The notes under the pieces were generated by a model. That model did not search any database. It saw nothing but the letters and a program-made list of their open reading frames with translations, and was not told where the DNA came from. 64,000 nucleotides of DNA from Pseudovirgaria hyperparasitica (taxonomy: Eukaryota), in NCBI GenBank assembly GCA_010093815.1, contig ML996572.1. One strand, given 5' to 3'. Numbering within the stretch: the stretch's first letter is position 1; every line of letters begins with the position of its first letter. The position numbers and the translations under genes are program-made. Shown here piece by piece: positions 13,707 through 25,536 of the stretch.

Positions 13707-14635
13707 CGAGCACGCACTTCAGCGAATATCTGGTATTACGATTATATGTGGAGGAGGGTATAAGGGTGGTAATCGGAGAAGAATCAACGGCGAATGGTGA
13801 GAAGCAGCAGTAGCAGCGGAGGGTTCGGAAGGCGAGAGATTAGCAGCGTCGACAGGTAAGGCATGTGTAAGACAGCCACCAGGAATGCAGTTGGACAAGT
13901 GAGCAGTTTCTGGTGATGGTAACAATGAGGATACAGATGAGTGAGGCGATGTGTTGTTCAGTAGGCACCCGTAGGATTAGGACTGGGTAGGCTAAGCTTC
14001 GTAATGATATTATTTAATTATTCCTCCCAAGGGACGGTGATGCGATGGGAATGGATCCCCAGCACTTTCAGGCCTCAACTTCCCGCAGTCCAGGCGGATT
14101 GGCGGCCACTTACGCCCATTTTAAGCCTACGCAAGCCCACGCCCGGGTGCATACTCCGCTAACTAGTTCTTAATTAGGCTACCTAGCTAGGTACAGTCAT
14201 AATTACCCCCCCAAGCCTGGAATGGATTGCCCACCCACCATCGAAAAAGACTGTGATGTTTCAAAACACCATGCCGGAACTATTTCCATCATCTCTCTCT
14301 TTATATTCTCCACCAAGTCGCTGTCGATCGCCCTCCAGATCAAGCTGATCCTTCTGCTCAAATACCATCACCACCTCCTCCTCTTTCTCCTCTCTTCTGG
14401 CTACTTCAGCCCTTGAGCTTGGCTATATGTGTTATCGTCGACGGCCTCGGCTTTACTCTGGCATCACATTGAACACATGCTCACTCGATATGCCTCAACA
14501 GCTTCAGCCACATGGGAAGATGCTTTTCGGCTGCACTCTTTGTCCTCTGAATACCACTTCGACTATAGCTTATTGCCTACATACGCTACAGCTGTAGTCT
14601 CTTTCAATTACCGATGAACTTATCCCGGCTTATGC

Positions 14636-15515
14636 TCAATTGACTGCCCTGACTTTACCAGTCTCAACCTCATACACCCATCCACTGACGGCTACATCGT
14701 CTGGAATGGCAGCTGAGTTATTTAAGAAAGCCACGTCATCCCTGACGCCTTGCTCTAAGCTATGGACACATGTTAGGCACGGCTCGTGCTATCAACTCCT
14801 TGATCACATACTCTGGGAAGGGTTGGAAGTCTAGTCCTCCTAGCTCTTTGACTGCTGCATCACCGAGCTGTTTCTGGACCACAGTATGCGCATCCTCGTT
14901 TTTGAATGTCAGCATGCCACATCCTGTGATATCCTGTCAGCTCAGAGTCCAGGGTGCATGCTGGTCTCGCCAGATCTCTTACCAGTGTGCTTGATAAGAA
15001 GGATCTCCTTGGTTCCTTTTTCAAGCTGTGAGCTTCAACTTCGCATCGCATGGGTGGCGGATTGACCAACCAAGCAATTGCTCCGAAATGATCAAGCTAC
15101 GAAGAGCATCTAGGTAGCTACCATTAGCTTCAGTGTTCAAGCTGGCCTGCCAAGCTTCGTCACCTTTCGCGTTTCCTCCAGCATTTCTGATAACGTGCGC
15201 ATCACCCCTGTGGAAGGTCAAAAGGTAAACACAACCGTAATGGATAGCGAATCGTACAAATCGATTCCATATGCAGCAGCAGGGTCGATTCGAGCATCCA
15301 TGCAAGTTACTCCATCCGATTAGCGTCCGAGGAGGCACATTTAGGCCATCCAGGTACTCACCAACGGCATACTTCTTCGCTAGGTATATAAGTCAGTCCT
15401 AGTCAACTCCTCCGAGCCTCATTCTTTTACCTGGTGGCAATGCAAGGTCACCTTTGGTGAAGGTCGACGCATATTGTTTGTTCTTCTCCGTCAAGTTGTT
15501 CTGAATCACAGTCAT
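14636..15515 (-). CDS. Beta-class carbonic anhydrase (clade D-like); 8 short exons, not recovered as one ORF in the track
   Basis: Spliced reading [102 protein letters not shown]; zinc ligands CxDxR and HxxC intact. Confidence 0.88.
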
Positions 15516-16503
15516 GATGTCGGTCCTCACAACGTCCTCCGGTCGAGTTTATTACACCGCAGTCAGGATCGAGAAATTTAGGCAACAAGGGGAAAGATGA
15601 GCATCTATGGGTGCTTCGACTCTATATGTACCGTCTCTGTATGCGCCCTCCTGCTATCACGACCCTTCCCGAAGGCACCTGAGGAGTGAGGGGTAGACCG
15701 AACGAACGGGACTAGCTGGTGTATTTCCTCAACCATTGATGGAATGACGCGATCATGGACCAGTCAACCGTGTGGAAACTCTTTATGATATGCACGAACA
15801 TCGTGTATGCATGAACATCTGTTCCGAGGAAGTCCAAATATGTATCTTCAGAAGTGTTCGGCTTCTTAGCATCCGCCTTGATGAAGCCGGCTCTTATCTG
15901 GGAGATTATGGTCCGACCGTCCTAGTACGAAGTGACAACAGAGTATAAGCTTCCACGGATAATACATCTTTGCCATGGGCACTATCCATGTGCTGCACTG
16001 TATCCTACAGCAGGGCATGAACACAGTTCCTTCCATACTTTTGGACTCCCGTGCAAGGCTATCGAGTGGAACTGGAGTGATAACCGTGGTACACTGATGC
16101 TACAGATTTCCCTAGACTTGCGGAGCGAACTCCGTGTCAAAAGAGAGAATGGTTCGGTGCGTAGCTTTGTGTCAGTACTGGAAACAAGTCGTTCGACCAA
16201 TCAAGGCAGAATTTCTTTAGCGCCTGGGTGTGGCTGAGTCACAACGTCGAACTGTACAGAACAAAGGCAACAAGGTACCTGAACAATGATGTGGAAACCT
16301 TGGATACGGAAGCGGCGCCTAATGACACAGCGCCTACCCACACTTGGCACAGCCTCTGTCATCAGTATAAGAGTGACCCTGTGTGTCCCAGGCTGCGTGA
16401 AATCATTCAGAAGCGTCAACATTACTTCTTACCTCACTCAGCACCACAACTGTTTCATCATTTGCACCAACTTTCATATTTCCAACGTGCCGTCCCTATC
16501 ACG

Positions 16504-17376
16504 ATGACAAACCCGATGCTTAGCGTTGTCATGGAAGACGTATCCGCAGGGGTCCTCGAGGTCATCGTGGGCACACCCGAGAGCCGACATGAAGTGTTCC
16601 ATGTCGGTAAATATCTGCTCCAAATCCACTCTGGGTATTTCGAAGGTCTCTTGAAAGACTACAAGGGAGACACGCTCCTATGCAGAGTAGATCCGGCCTA
16701 TTTCAGATTCTTCATACAGTATTGCTTGACCAAAAGCAACAAAACACTATCAGACCATGTAATGAACGAAGAAGCCCATTACCTGTCTTGTGTCAAGTCC
16801 TATATCACAGCTCTGTACCTGCAAGCAGATGGTTATCAAGCATATCTCAAGAATGCCCTCTTCTCCGGGCTCGATCAGGTGGAATTATCGGCAAGAATGA
16901 TCTGCGAGTTACTGTTTGTTGCTTACACACTTAGTATTGAGGACAAGGTTCGCCAGCGGATACACTGCTACGCTTTCAGACGTGTGGACCGCCTTCGGTC
17001 AGATCCAGCTTGGCAGCAACTGAAGAGGTATCGCCCGGGAGCCATCATTGGAATACTTTATTCACTTTCCCGCAAGAAGTTCACTGTCAAAGACCCTATG
17101 TTACGCGGAGTCAAACAAAAAGAGGACAGACTCGAGCTGCCAGGAACAGTGGTATGCAATGCTCTACGAGTGGCTCGCGCACCAGATACGAAAGAGCATG
17201 TTCGACAGCGGACGCACTTCTACGCATATAAACACGTGAAGCGTCTTCGTATGGATCCAGCTTGGAAAGAATTGGCACGCGACTGCCCTGAAGTTATTAT
17301 TGCGATTCTCTATTCGTTATCGCCATACGCAGCTAGGTTCAACGGAAACCCGGTTGGGAAGACAGTTTTGATATAA
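16504..17376 (+). CDS. BTB/POZ-domain protein with duplicated C-terminal helical module
   Basis: VIVGTP..EVFHVGKYLLQIHSGYFEGLL..VDPAYFRFFIQY..YITALYLQ matches the fungal BTB pattern; start codon uncertain. Confidence 0.7.
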   Translation: MTNPMLSVVMEDVSAGVLEVIVGTPESRHEVFHVGKYLLQIHSGYFEGLLKDYKGDTLLCRVDPAYFRFFIQYCLTKSNKTLSDHVMNEEAHYLSCVKSYITALYLQADGYQAYLKNALFSGLDQVELSARMICELLFVAYTLSIEDKVRQRIHCYAFRRVDRLRSDPAWQQLKRYRPGAIIGILYSLSRKKFTVKDPMLRGVKQKEDRLELPGTVVCNALRVARAPDTKEHVRQRTHFYAYKHVKRLRMDPAWKELARDCPEVIIAILYSLSPYAARFNGNPVGKTVLI

Positions 17377-17699
17377 GTCTCTGGGCAAAAACAAACACGA
17401 CCGCATAGTTAGGATACATAGTACGCAAGTGACACATTCACCTGACGATCTAATCTCATTCACCCACAGATCCTTGTATAGACCGCTTCTGGTTGCTTTG
17501 TTCACCTGGTCGAGACCAACAACCAAGTTTTCAGGGCCTAAATATTGCGAAGCAACACCACCACACCCATCACACGACCCGCGTCACAACTCCATCACAC
17601 CTGACTCAAGGGCAACACAACATCTCACTTACGACACTGTCGATCGTATCGTACCGAAAAGAGTTAAAGCGGACCATTCAAGAATATAACGCCGTCGTT

Positions 17700-18446
17700 A
17701 TGGATCATTCGGAGTCTAGCAATTCTACGGTAGAAAGTTCAGAGCGGAACGAGAGCAGCGACGTGGAAAGCTCAGCGCACCACGATAATATGGAGGTTGC
17801 CAAGTATCACCCCATGAAGATCTCTTAATTGACAGTGCTGAAACGTTCCAAGCCCATCACCCTCGGAACTCGTCACCATCCGCGTAACATCCAAGCTGCA
17901 CGAACACGCCGTGCCCGCGCAATCAGACTTCGTCATGCACACCGCCCTCGCCAAACAATACTCGGACACCTTCAAACTCCTCCTCGAAAGCGACCCTGCC
18001 GAGCACGTCAGACGCCTCATCGAACTACCAAACGTCCACCCAGACATCTTCCTCTACTTCGTCGACTGCGTCTACAACAACGGCGCCCTCCCCACCCACC
18101 CCTCCTCCTCCTCTCCCAAGTCTACATCCTCTGCGAGACCCTCCAAGCCCGCGTCATCAAAGCCCTCGTCTTCGCCAAATTCGTCAACAACCTCCTCCTC
18201 ATCGGCCCCCGCTCCAAGGCCGTCATCTGCACCATCCTCAAACTCGTCGTCACCGACCTCCCCGAGTTCCCGGAGGATCGCACCGGGCTCCGCTCGTTGA
18301 TGCTGACGTATACGTATCTGCACCGCGACTGGCTGAAGGATTGCCCGCATTTTGTCGCCGTCTTGATGGAGGTGCCCGAGCTGGGCCGCTGGATCTTGTG
18401 TAGTCGTGATCCGTCGGAGGTGTATCGTAGGCCGGTCTGGGCTTAG
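17700..18446 (+). pseudogene. BTB/POZ-domain gene with apparent frameshift near 18100 (pseudogene or assembly indel)
   Basis: ELVTIRV..FVMHTALAKQYSDTF..IELPNVHPDIFLYFVDCVY in one frame, LLSQVYILCETLQARVIK..VPELGRWIL in another; no GT..AG between them. Confidence 0.6.
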
Positions 18447-19080
18447 ATTGCTTGGGATTCAAGTAGGCTAATGGATGCGTGCAAAGATTTTGGGGTGGTG
18501 CACTTGTGTGACTTTATGTGACTGCGTGCGTGAATGATGGATTCGGAAAGAGGGCTTTTTGGTGTTTTATGTGTGGTGTAGTTTTGAAACGCACAGTTTC
18601 CTGCTAGTCGGCTGAGGATTCGACCAGGCTGAGCATGCCATGTTTGCCATGTCCATTACAGCAGTATGTAGATTGGCCCATAGCGGGTCGTCGTCAGATA
18701 CTATAGGCAGTAGAGCTTCTCGGTGATTTCATACGCTGTATAAACCTGAAAACGGATAGAGTGGTGAGGATAAGGCTGTTTTAAAGTGATCTGTCGATAG
18801 CATTCAGCTTGAGCAAGACGGCAAAAGGAGGTTTCTAGGCACCTCACAACATGATTTTCGGGTACATGTCTGGGGAGTGAAAGGATATATCACGTACATA
18901 GCACAGTAGGATTTTGTTATAGATTCAACCAGGAAGGGGATATAGAGAAGCCATCTATCAAATGCTGAGATAATCGTATATGCAAGCTATTTCCAAATGT
19001 CCCCTCGCCGGGCGGGATTGTGGGAAAGATGCGGAACGGTAAATCTAGAATACAGTAATAACCCGGGTCCGTCTATTCGC

Positions 19081-20356
19081 TTACTTCTTCTTGCCCTTCT
19101 TACTGGCCGCTGCTCCAGCTCCAGCTCCAGCAAGCTTCTTCTGTGCCTCCTTCTCCAGCAAGGCGAATTCTGCTTCGTCCTCGAACGGAACTGTGGACAG
19201 AGCCCTGAGCTTGGGTAGGAACCTTCCGACCTTTGCTTGGTAGGTCTTGTACTCGGGGTACTTTCCAGCCGTGAGCAACTCGGTAAGCCATGTGCTGGCC
19301 TGGAATAGGAAGAGGTAAGACAGAGCACCAATGCCGGCCCAGTTGTAGTATTGATCGGTTGCGAAGCATGACCACTGGTAGAGCACGACCCAGATGGACT
19401 GCTCTGCAAGGAAATTTGGGTGGCGTGAGAAAGACCATAGGCCAGTCGAGATGAAACCACGGTCCAGGTCGGACCGAAGATAGCCAGGAGGCACCTTTGC
19501 CGTTTCTCGGTATTGCTTCTTGGCACCCTGGTAATCTGGATCTTGTTAGTACGTGGACAGAACAATGTCCTGAAACACCTACTCCACTGTTGTTGGTCCG
19601 CGAAGAACTCAAGAAGTACTAGTCCCATCAGAACGCGTGCAAAAACGATGTCCGAGAAGCTCATGTCGGGCTGGCTATGTTTGGCGGCAATCATGAGAAC
19701 ATATGTAGGCATTGTGATCATCATCAACAGAATCTGTGAATGGCTGTCAGAAATGCAAAAAATAGGTCGCCCAGGGATTACTCTTACGCTCTGTGCCAAT
19801 GAAATGAAGACCACGTTGAAAATAAACATCAACGCAGGCCCAACTTTGTTCTTGACGATTTCCCATCGATAGTCCTCGGAGCCAATCTGATAACCTCCTC
19901 TTCGCCAGTAATTGAAAGTGAGTCGTAGCTGTACGAGAGGTCAATTCTGATCAATATCAACAGAGGAACGATGCGACCTACACTCCAGACAACAGAGAAT
20001 GCGAGTAGGTTATCCAGTCTTTGAGTGGGGAGTCCATTGAGATGTGCCCATAGTGCATAATGCCCGTTGTAGACAGCTGGTAGGATACTCCACACGCGAT
20101 CGACTTGACTGTAATTCTTGTTGATTTCGCTCAGAAGAAGAAAGATAGGCGCCAGAGCAAGGGCAAAGGCAATCGCGGTGATGAGAGGGTTCGTGTTGGT
20201 GTAAATTTTGACCAGATCATCGGTATTGCTGATATGAGCCCATACTTGCTGAGGCAGCGTTTTGAGCTGGGGGACGAACGGCGCGACGGTCTTCGTGTAG
20301 CTTGTGCAATCGGCGAGTGTCTTGACAGCGGGAAGGGCGCTGGCAAAGAAAAGCAT
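19081..20356 (-). CDS. DUF1295 / steroid 5-alpha-reductase-like membrane protein; multi-exon
   Basis: NKNYSQVDRVWSILP, RLTFNYWRRGGYQIGSEDYRWEIV, FFADQQQW, RGFISTGLWSFSRHPNFLAEQSIW, C-terminal KKGKKK. Confidence 0.85.
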
Positions 20357-20750
20357 ACTGCTCTATGTGTGGCGTCTCTGCACAAGCTGCAAAGACGTGG
20401 AGGTGTGGATTCAAGTTAGAAGGGTGGGAGTGTGTGTGAATCCAACGTGGGAGAGAGATGGAAGCAGTCCTAAGAAGCTTGAATAGAAAGTCGTATCATG
20501 AGGTCATTTGTAGGAGAACTTTAGCGGCTGCCCGGCTAGTCTTAGGCTGGAGCGTCGGTGGATCTGCAGGCATCAAGGCTCCTTCCAGAGCGAGATTGGG
20601 CGCGACCCGTTTGAAAACAACGCGAGATTTCATCAGCAGCCGAGAACATCAGAAAACACGTCGTCACATGCCCGATTGCAATAAATCGGTCTCGTAGCCG
20701 TTGTATCGATTGGCGACTGATCCTATGTCTTAGGATATTATATCATAGTA

Positions 20751-23099
20751 ATGCGCATCTTATGCGTGGCTGAAAAGCCGTCTATTGCGAAAGCAGTAGC
20801 AAATCATCTAGCAGGGCGTGTAGTCACGGTTTGTGGCCATAGCCCCTTGAGATACTGACGACTAACAACATTCGTCAAGCATAATGTCAATGGCACACCA
20901 TACGTGAAGAACTATTGTTTCGATTACAACTTCCGGCAATGGGGACAGAGCAGCGTCACCTTTACCAGTGCTCAAGGGCATATCACCAGCTCAGACTTTG
21001 GACCCAGGTATAAGAGCTGGCAGTCATGTCTACCCATCGCTCTATTCGAAGCTGACATTAATACGACTATTGATGATGTGAGCAGTCTAGAGATGGCTAC
21101 TTTGTCTGAACCCTCCTAACACGGCACAGAAAATGAAGCCGGTTGCAGAGAACATCAGACAACAATCTCGATATGCGCAGATTGTTTTCATCTGGACCGA
21201 CTGTGATCGTGAAGGCGAATACATCGGATCAGAGATCAGAGACCTTGCCGTTGCAGCAAAGCCTGGGATCCAGGTCAAAAGGGCACGATTTAGCAACATC
21301 GAAAGAAAGTAAGTGAGTCTCGATGATGGTATACTTGCGGGACCTGATAGTATATAGCCATGTAATCCAAGCTGCTGGGAATCCTGTTGACCTGGACGAA
21401 CGGCAAGTCCAGGCAGTCGCTGCGAGGATTGAGCTCGATTTCCGCTTGGGAACAGCCTTTACGCGAATGCAGACACTGGCATTAAAGCCACTGGTGGAGC
21501 AAGCAGATCCAGGCTACAAAGTCATAAGCTATGGTACGTGATGAATCGGCTGTTCATGCAACATACTGATGTATTTAAAGGATCTTGTCAATTTCCGACG
21601 CTTGGCTTTGTGGTTGATCGATATCTCCGTGTCAAGAATTTCAAACCGGAGCCTTTCTGGTACATCAAGGTTTCCCACAAGAAGGACGATATAAACGTCA
21701 ATTTCACGTGGTCCCGTGGTCATCTGTTTGACCGCATGGCCGTCACCATCATGTTCGAGCGCTGTCTGGCGGCGAAACAAGCCAAAGTCGTCGAAATGTT
21801 GACCAAACCCACGAGCAAATGGCGGCCACTGCCCCTTACAACGCTAGAGTTGCAAAAATGTGGAAGTCGATTCCTGCGGATGACTGGTCAGGAAGTCATG
21901 AAACACGCAGAAAAGCTGTACACGGCTGGCTGGATCAGCTACCCTCGTACCGAGACTGATCAATTCAGCAAAGACATGGACCTCAAGAAGCTCGTTGAGA
22001 AGCAACAGCAGTCACAGCAGTGGGGTCAATATGCCGAGATGTGAGTACAACGCGGTTCCTGGCGGTGTGCCTGCTGACTGGTAGTGCAGGCTTATGGGAG
22101 GTGGTTTCAATCAACCCCGCGTAGGCCGTAACAATGATGAAGCGCATCCTCCCATCCACCCGGTCAATTTCGTAGTGCCTACACAGCTGAGTGAGCCCGA
22201 GAAACGAGTGTATGAGTTTGTCACGCGTCGATTTCTCGCGTGCTGCTCTGAAGATGCCAAGGGTGTGTCGGCGGAACTTGGAATCGAATGGGGCGTGGAG
22301 AAGTTCAATGCGAAAGGATTGACAGTCCTGCAACGCAACTATCTCGATGTGTATCCGTACGATAAGTGGGAAAGTAGCCAACAATTGCCACCATTCACGG
22401 TGGGAGAGACGTTCATACCGATGGAAGCAAAGATCACAGATGGAAAGACCACGGCGCCTAGCTACTTGACAGAGCCAGAATTGTTGTCACTCATGGACGC
22501 CAACGGTATAGGAACGGACGCGACGATGCATGAGCATGTCGAGAAAATCAAAGATCGCAATTATGTCATGACGCGCAGTATTGGCGGCAGTAGAGCTCCT
22601 GCAGCCGTAGCTGAGAGTGCCGAGACTACCCGCGGTGGACGCGGCGGCAGAGGGCGAGGGCGAGGCGGACGCGGAGGAGCCGCAGCTACGGCACGTGGAG
22701 GTAGTGGTATGCTGGAATTCATTCCAACCACGTTGGGCGTCGCCCTAATTGAGGGGTACGACCAAGTTGGGTTCGAGACAAGCCTGGGAAAGCCTCATCT
22801 ACGGAAAGAAGTGCGTAAACGTATTCCCAGCCTGGCGACGAGGACGTACTGACTAGTACATACAGATGGAACTGCAAATGAAGGCAATTTGTGCGGGCAC
22901 GAAGACAAAGTACGAGGTGGTGCAGCAGAATCTTGACCAATATCGGAATGTGTACAGCAGGTCGGTCCAGCAGATTGACGTCCTCAAGACCGTGAGTGGC
23001 TCAAGCGACGACTCCTATTGGACTGGATGTAGAAGCTGACTAGAACCCCGTTGACGACAGGCGATACGCAAATACGTGCTACAGCAGAACGTGGGCTGA
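20751..23099 (+). CDS. TOP3: DNA topoisomerase III (type IA); multi-exon
   Basis: MRILCVAEKPSIAKAVA (Toprim), IWTDCDREGEYIG, ISYGSCQFPTLGFVV, catalytic ISYPRTET, AHPPIHP, MDANGIGTDATMHEH. Confidence 0.95.
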
Positions 23100-24272
23100 A
23101 CTATGGTCCACTATACTCGACAAAAGCTCCGAGAAGCTTCCATTCCGTTTCATCGACGCATATGAGTTACGTCAAGCGATGAACAAGACGAGAGCGGGCG
23201 TTTGACGAGAGACGCATGATGGAAGCAGTAGCTCTTGGCGAGGTAGTACGGCAGAGGCGCGGCTCGCGACGGATGGCCTTGGTCCGCCCTCCCCCAGTAC
23301 TGCGAACCACGTGTCTGGAGAAAGAGGGGACCAGCGTGGCGCAAGGGCAGCGATGATTATGATGATGATGATGATGGAAAGATCCAAGGTTCTAGTGAAG
23401 GGGTCCAACTCTGGTTAAAGGGTTCCTGAATTGCGCTCATGTCAGCAGATATGATTGATAAGAACCGCCAGGGTTAATGGCGCATGTTTCACCAGCAGCA
23501 CCACAACAAGCCGACGTCGGCGTATAAGCAACGCAAGGGAATGCGAACGGTAGATGATTAGAAGTCCCGAATGGTGTTGCGTCGAAACATGAGGGGGGGT
23601 CACTGCATTGGCATGGCTTTGCGGCATGTATATGGCTGCGAATAGGGCCGAGGTGTGTGTGTGCCGGTGTATCAGACAGAAAGCGGCGATGGAGAATATA
23701 ATGCCGAATCGTGGAGTGGCGCCGAGGGCGTGTCGAAACGGGTTGGCTGGGATGGAGAGATATGATATTATCAAAGAGATAAGTGATGGGACGGTCGGTA
23801 TATGGTGTTGACCCACGGGCAAACCCGGATCAAAGATATCAAGATTTTGGGGGGGGCTGCATTCATTGCGTAAGGCAGCAATAGCGCGCAAATACACAGA
23901 AGACCACTCTGTAGTCGGGGTCTCAGGTTTGTCACAGCCACTAATTAGTTGATAGTACAACTACCTAATAATACCTGCAGCTGACATTCCGATGGCGAGC
24001 AAGATGGCAGATGACGAGAATAGTGATGACTGTCCGTGCGTGCTGGCTTGCTAAATTAGCCGGGGTTGTTGTATGAATGAATGAATGCGGGTATAATTAG
24101 TGGAGTCTGGACATGACAAAGGGTACTCTTTGTTACTAACAAGTTCAGAACGACGACGACGACGCCGCAGAACGCCGGGTCCGAATGGCAGGTTGAGGTC
24201 ATCTGCGCGGCATGCTCACGAGTGATTACGCACCCTCTTGGTTAGTTTACTGCTTACCTTGGTTCTGAGGAT

Positions 24273-24367
<95 letters not shown>

Positions 24368-24377
24368 NNNNNNNNNN

Positions 24378-24473
<96 letters not shown>
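24273..24473. repeat. (TAG)n microsatellite of about 200 bp containing a 10-N scaffold gap (24368-24377)
   Basis: Direct reading. Confidence 0.98.
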
Positions 24474-25536
24474 GATCAAGTATCAAATGTGATGATGTAT
24501 TAAGAGAGACAGACAGACCACACTGTCTAATGGATGATAACCGTGAATTGACAGCCAACGAGCGCAGGGCGTGTTTGTTCTGGGCGTGCGACGGTCACGC
24601 TGCTGGGCCGAAAGTGCTGATTGGGCGCATGCGCGTAATTGGACGGCGCAGGTGTCAAAACTACAGCGGGTGGGGGCGTTGGGGGAGGCTGCTGCTTGCT
24701 ATTTGCTCGCTGGCTTGTCGCTGGCTTGTCGCTGGCGTGCTGCCTATTTCGCGGCGGGTTTTCTGGCGGATTTGCTGGCTGACAGGCTGACTGGCTGGCT
24801 GGCTGGCTTGGCTGGCTGCTCCCCTAATTAATTATTATTACCGCCCCAGAGCTGCCAACTGCCAGCTGCCAGCCAGTTCCCAGGCTACAAGGTGCTGCTG
24901 CTGATGATGCGGCGCCCAGGCAAACAAACCTTCAGCTCACCCACCCGGCTTCCATTGTGAGTTCAATCGGCGCAATCCAAATATGCAAATACCAAATCCA
25001 TACGCACTTGCGCTTTCGCCCGCCCTTCACCCCCCTCCCTCCCTCCCCCGTGCCCTGAATCTTCCCCCCGTGCACCTACATAGTCCTCCTGTCCCGCCCA
25101 TCCGTCTTTCTCACCACCATAAACAACAACGCTGAAGATATCAAACTGCTACCCATCACTGCTACTCTTATTTGCTTCCTTTCTTCCGTCGCTCAGACTC
25201 CTGCCAGTCGTGCTGACTCTCCAAACAACACCTATCCTCACTTCCCTGCCTCGCTGCTTGCTTCGGTCCGACCTTGTCGATCACCGAACCCTTCATCCAC
25301 TTCACCAACCTTAGCTGTCCCGTCGTTCGTCTACAGCTCCACCATCTACACTCTCGCGTCGCGCAATCTGCTCGCCGCCAGACCACTATCTCAGAGCTTC
25401 GTCACATCGTGATCGTGAGTTGGCCTACTTCCTGTCTCCCTTTCGATACCACCGCAGTCGCGTTACGACTACTTGTCCTTGACCTCTGACTCACACCTTC
25501 ACAGGAGAGCTCTACCCCAGTCAACCTCGAATAACA

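Noticed and set aside
8025..15515. SLC4-family transporter plus carbonic anhydrase as a bicarbonate cluster
   Set aside because: The genes are separated by EFR3 and the transporter is Bor1-type; proximity is probably incidental
23465..23480. TAACCCT on the minus strand as a telomerase RNA template
   Set aside because: Only 7 nt match, with no convincing pseudoknot or CR4/5 element
24216..24558. Poly-L, poly-S and poly-T ORFs
   Set aside because: Translations of the (TAG)n microsatellite spanning an N gap
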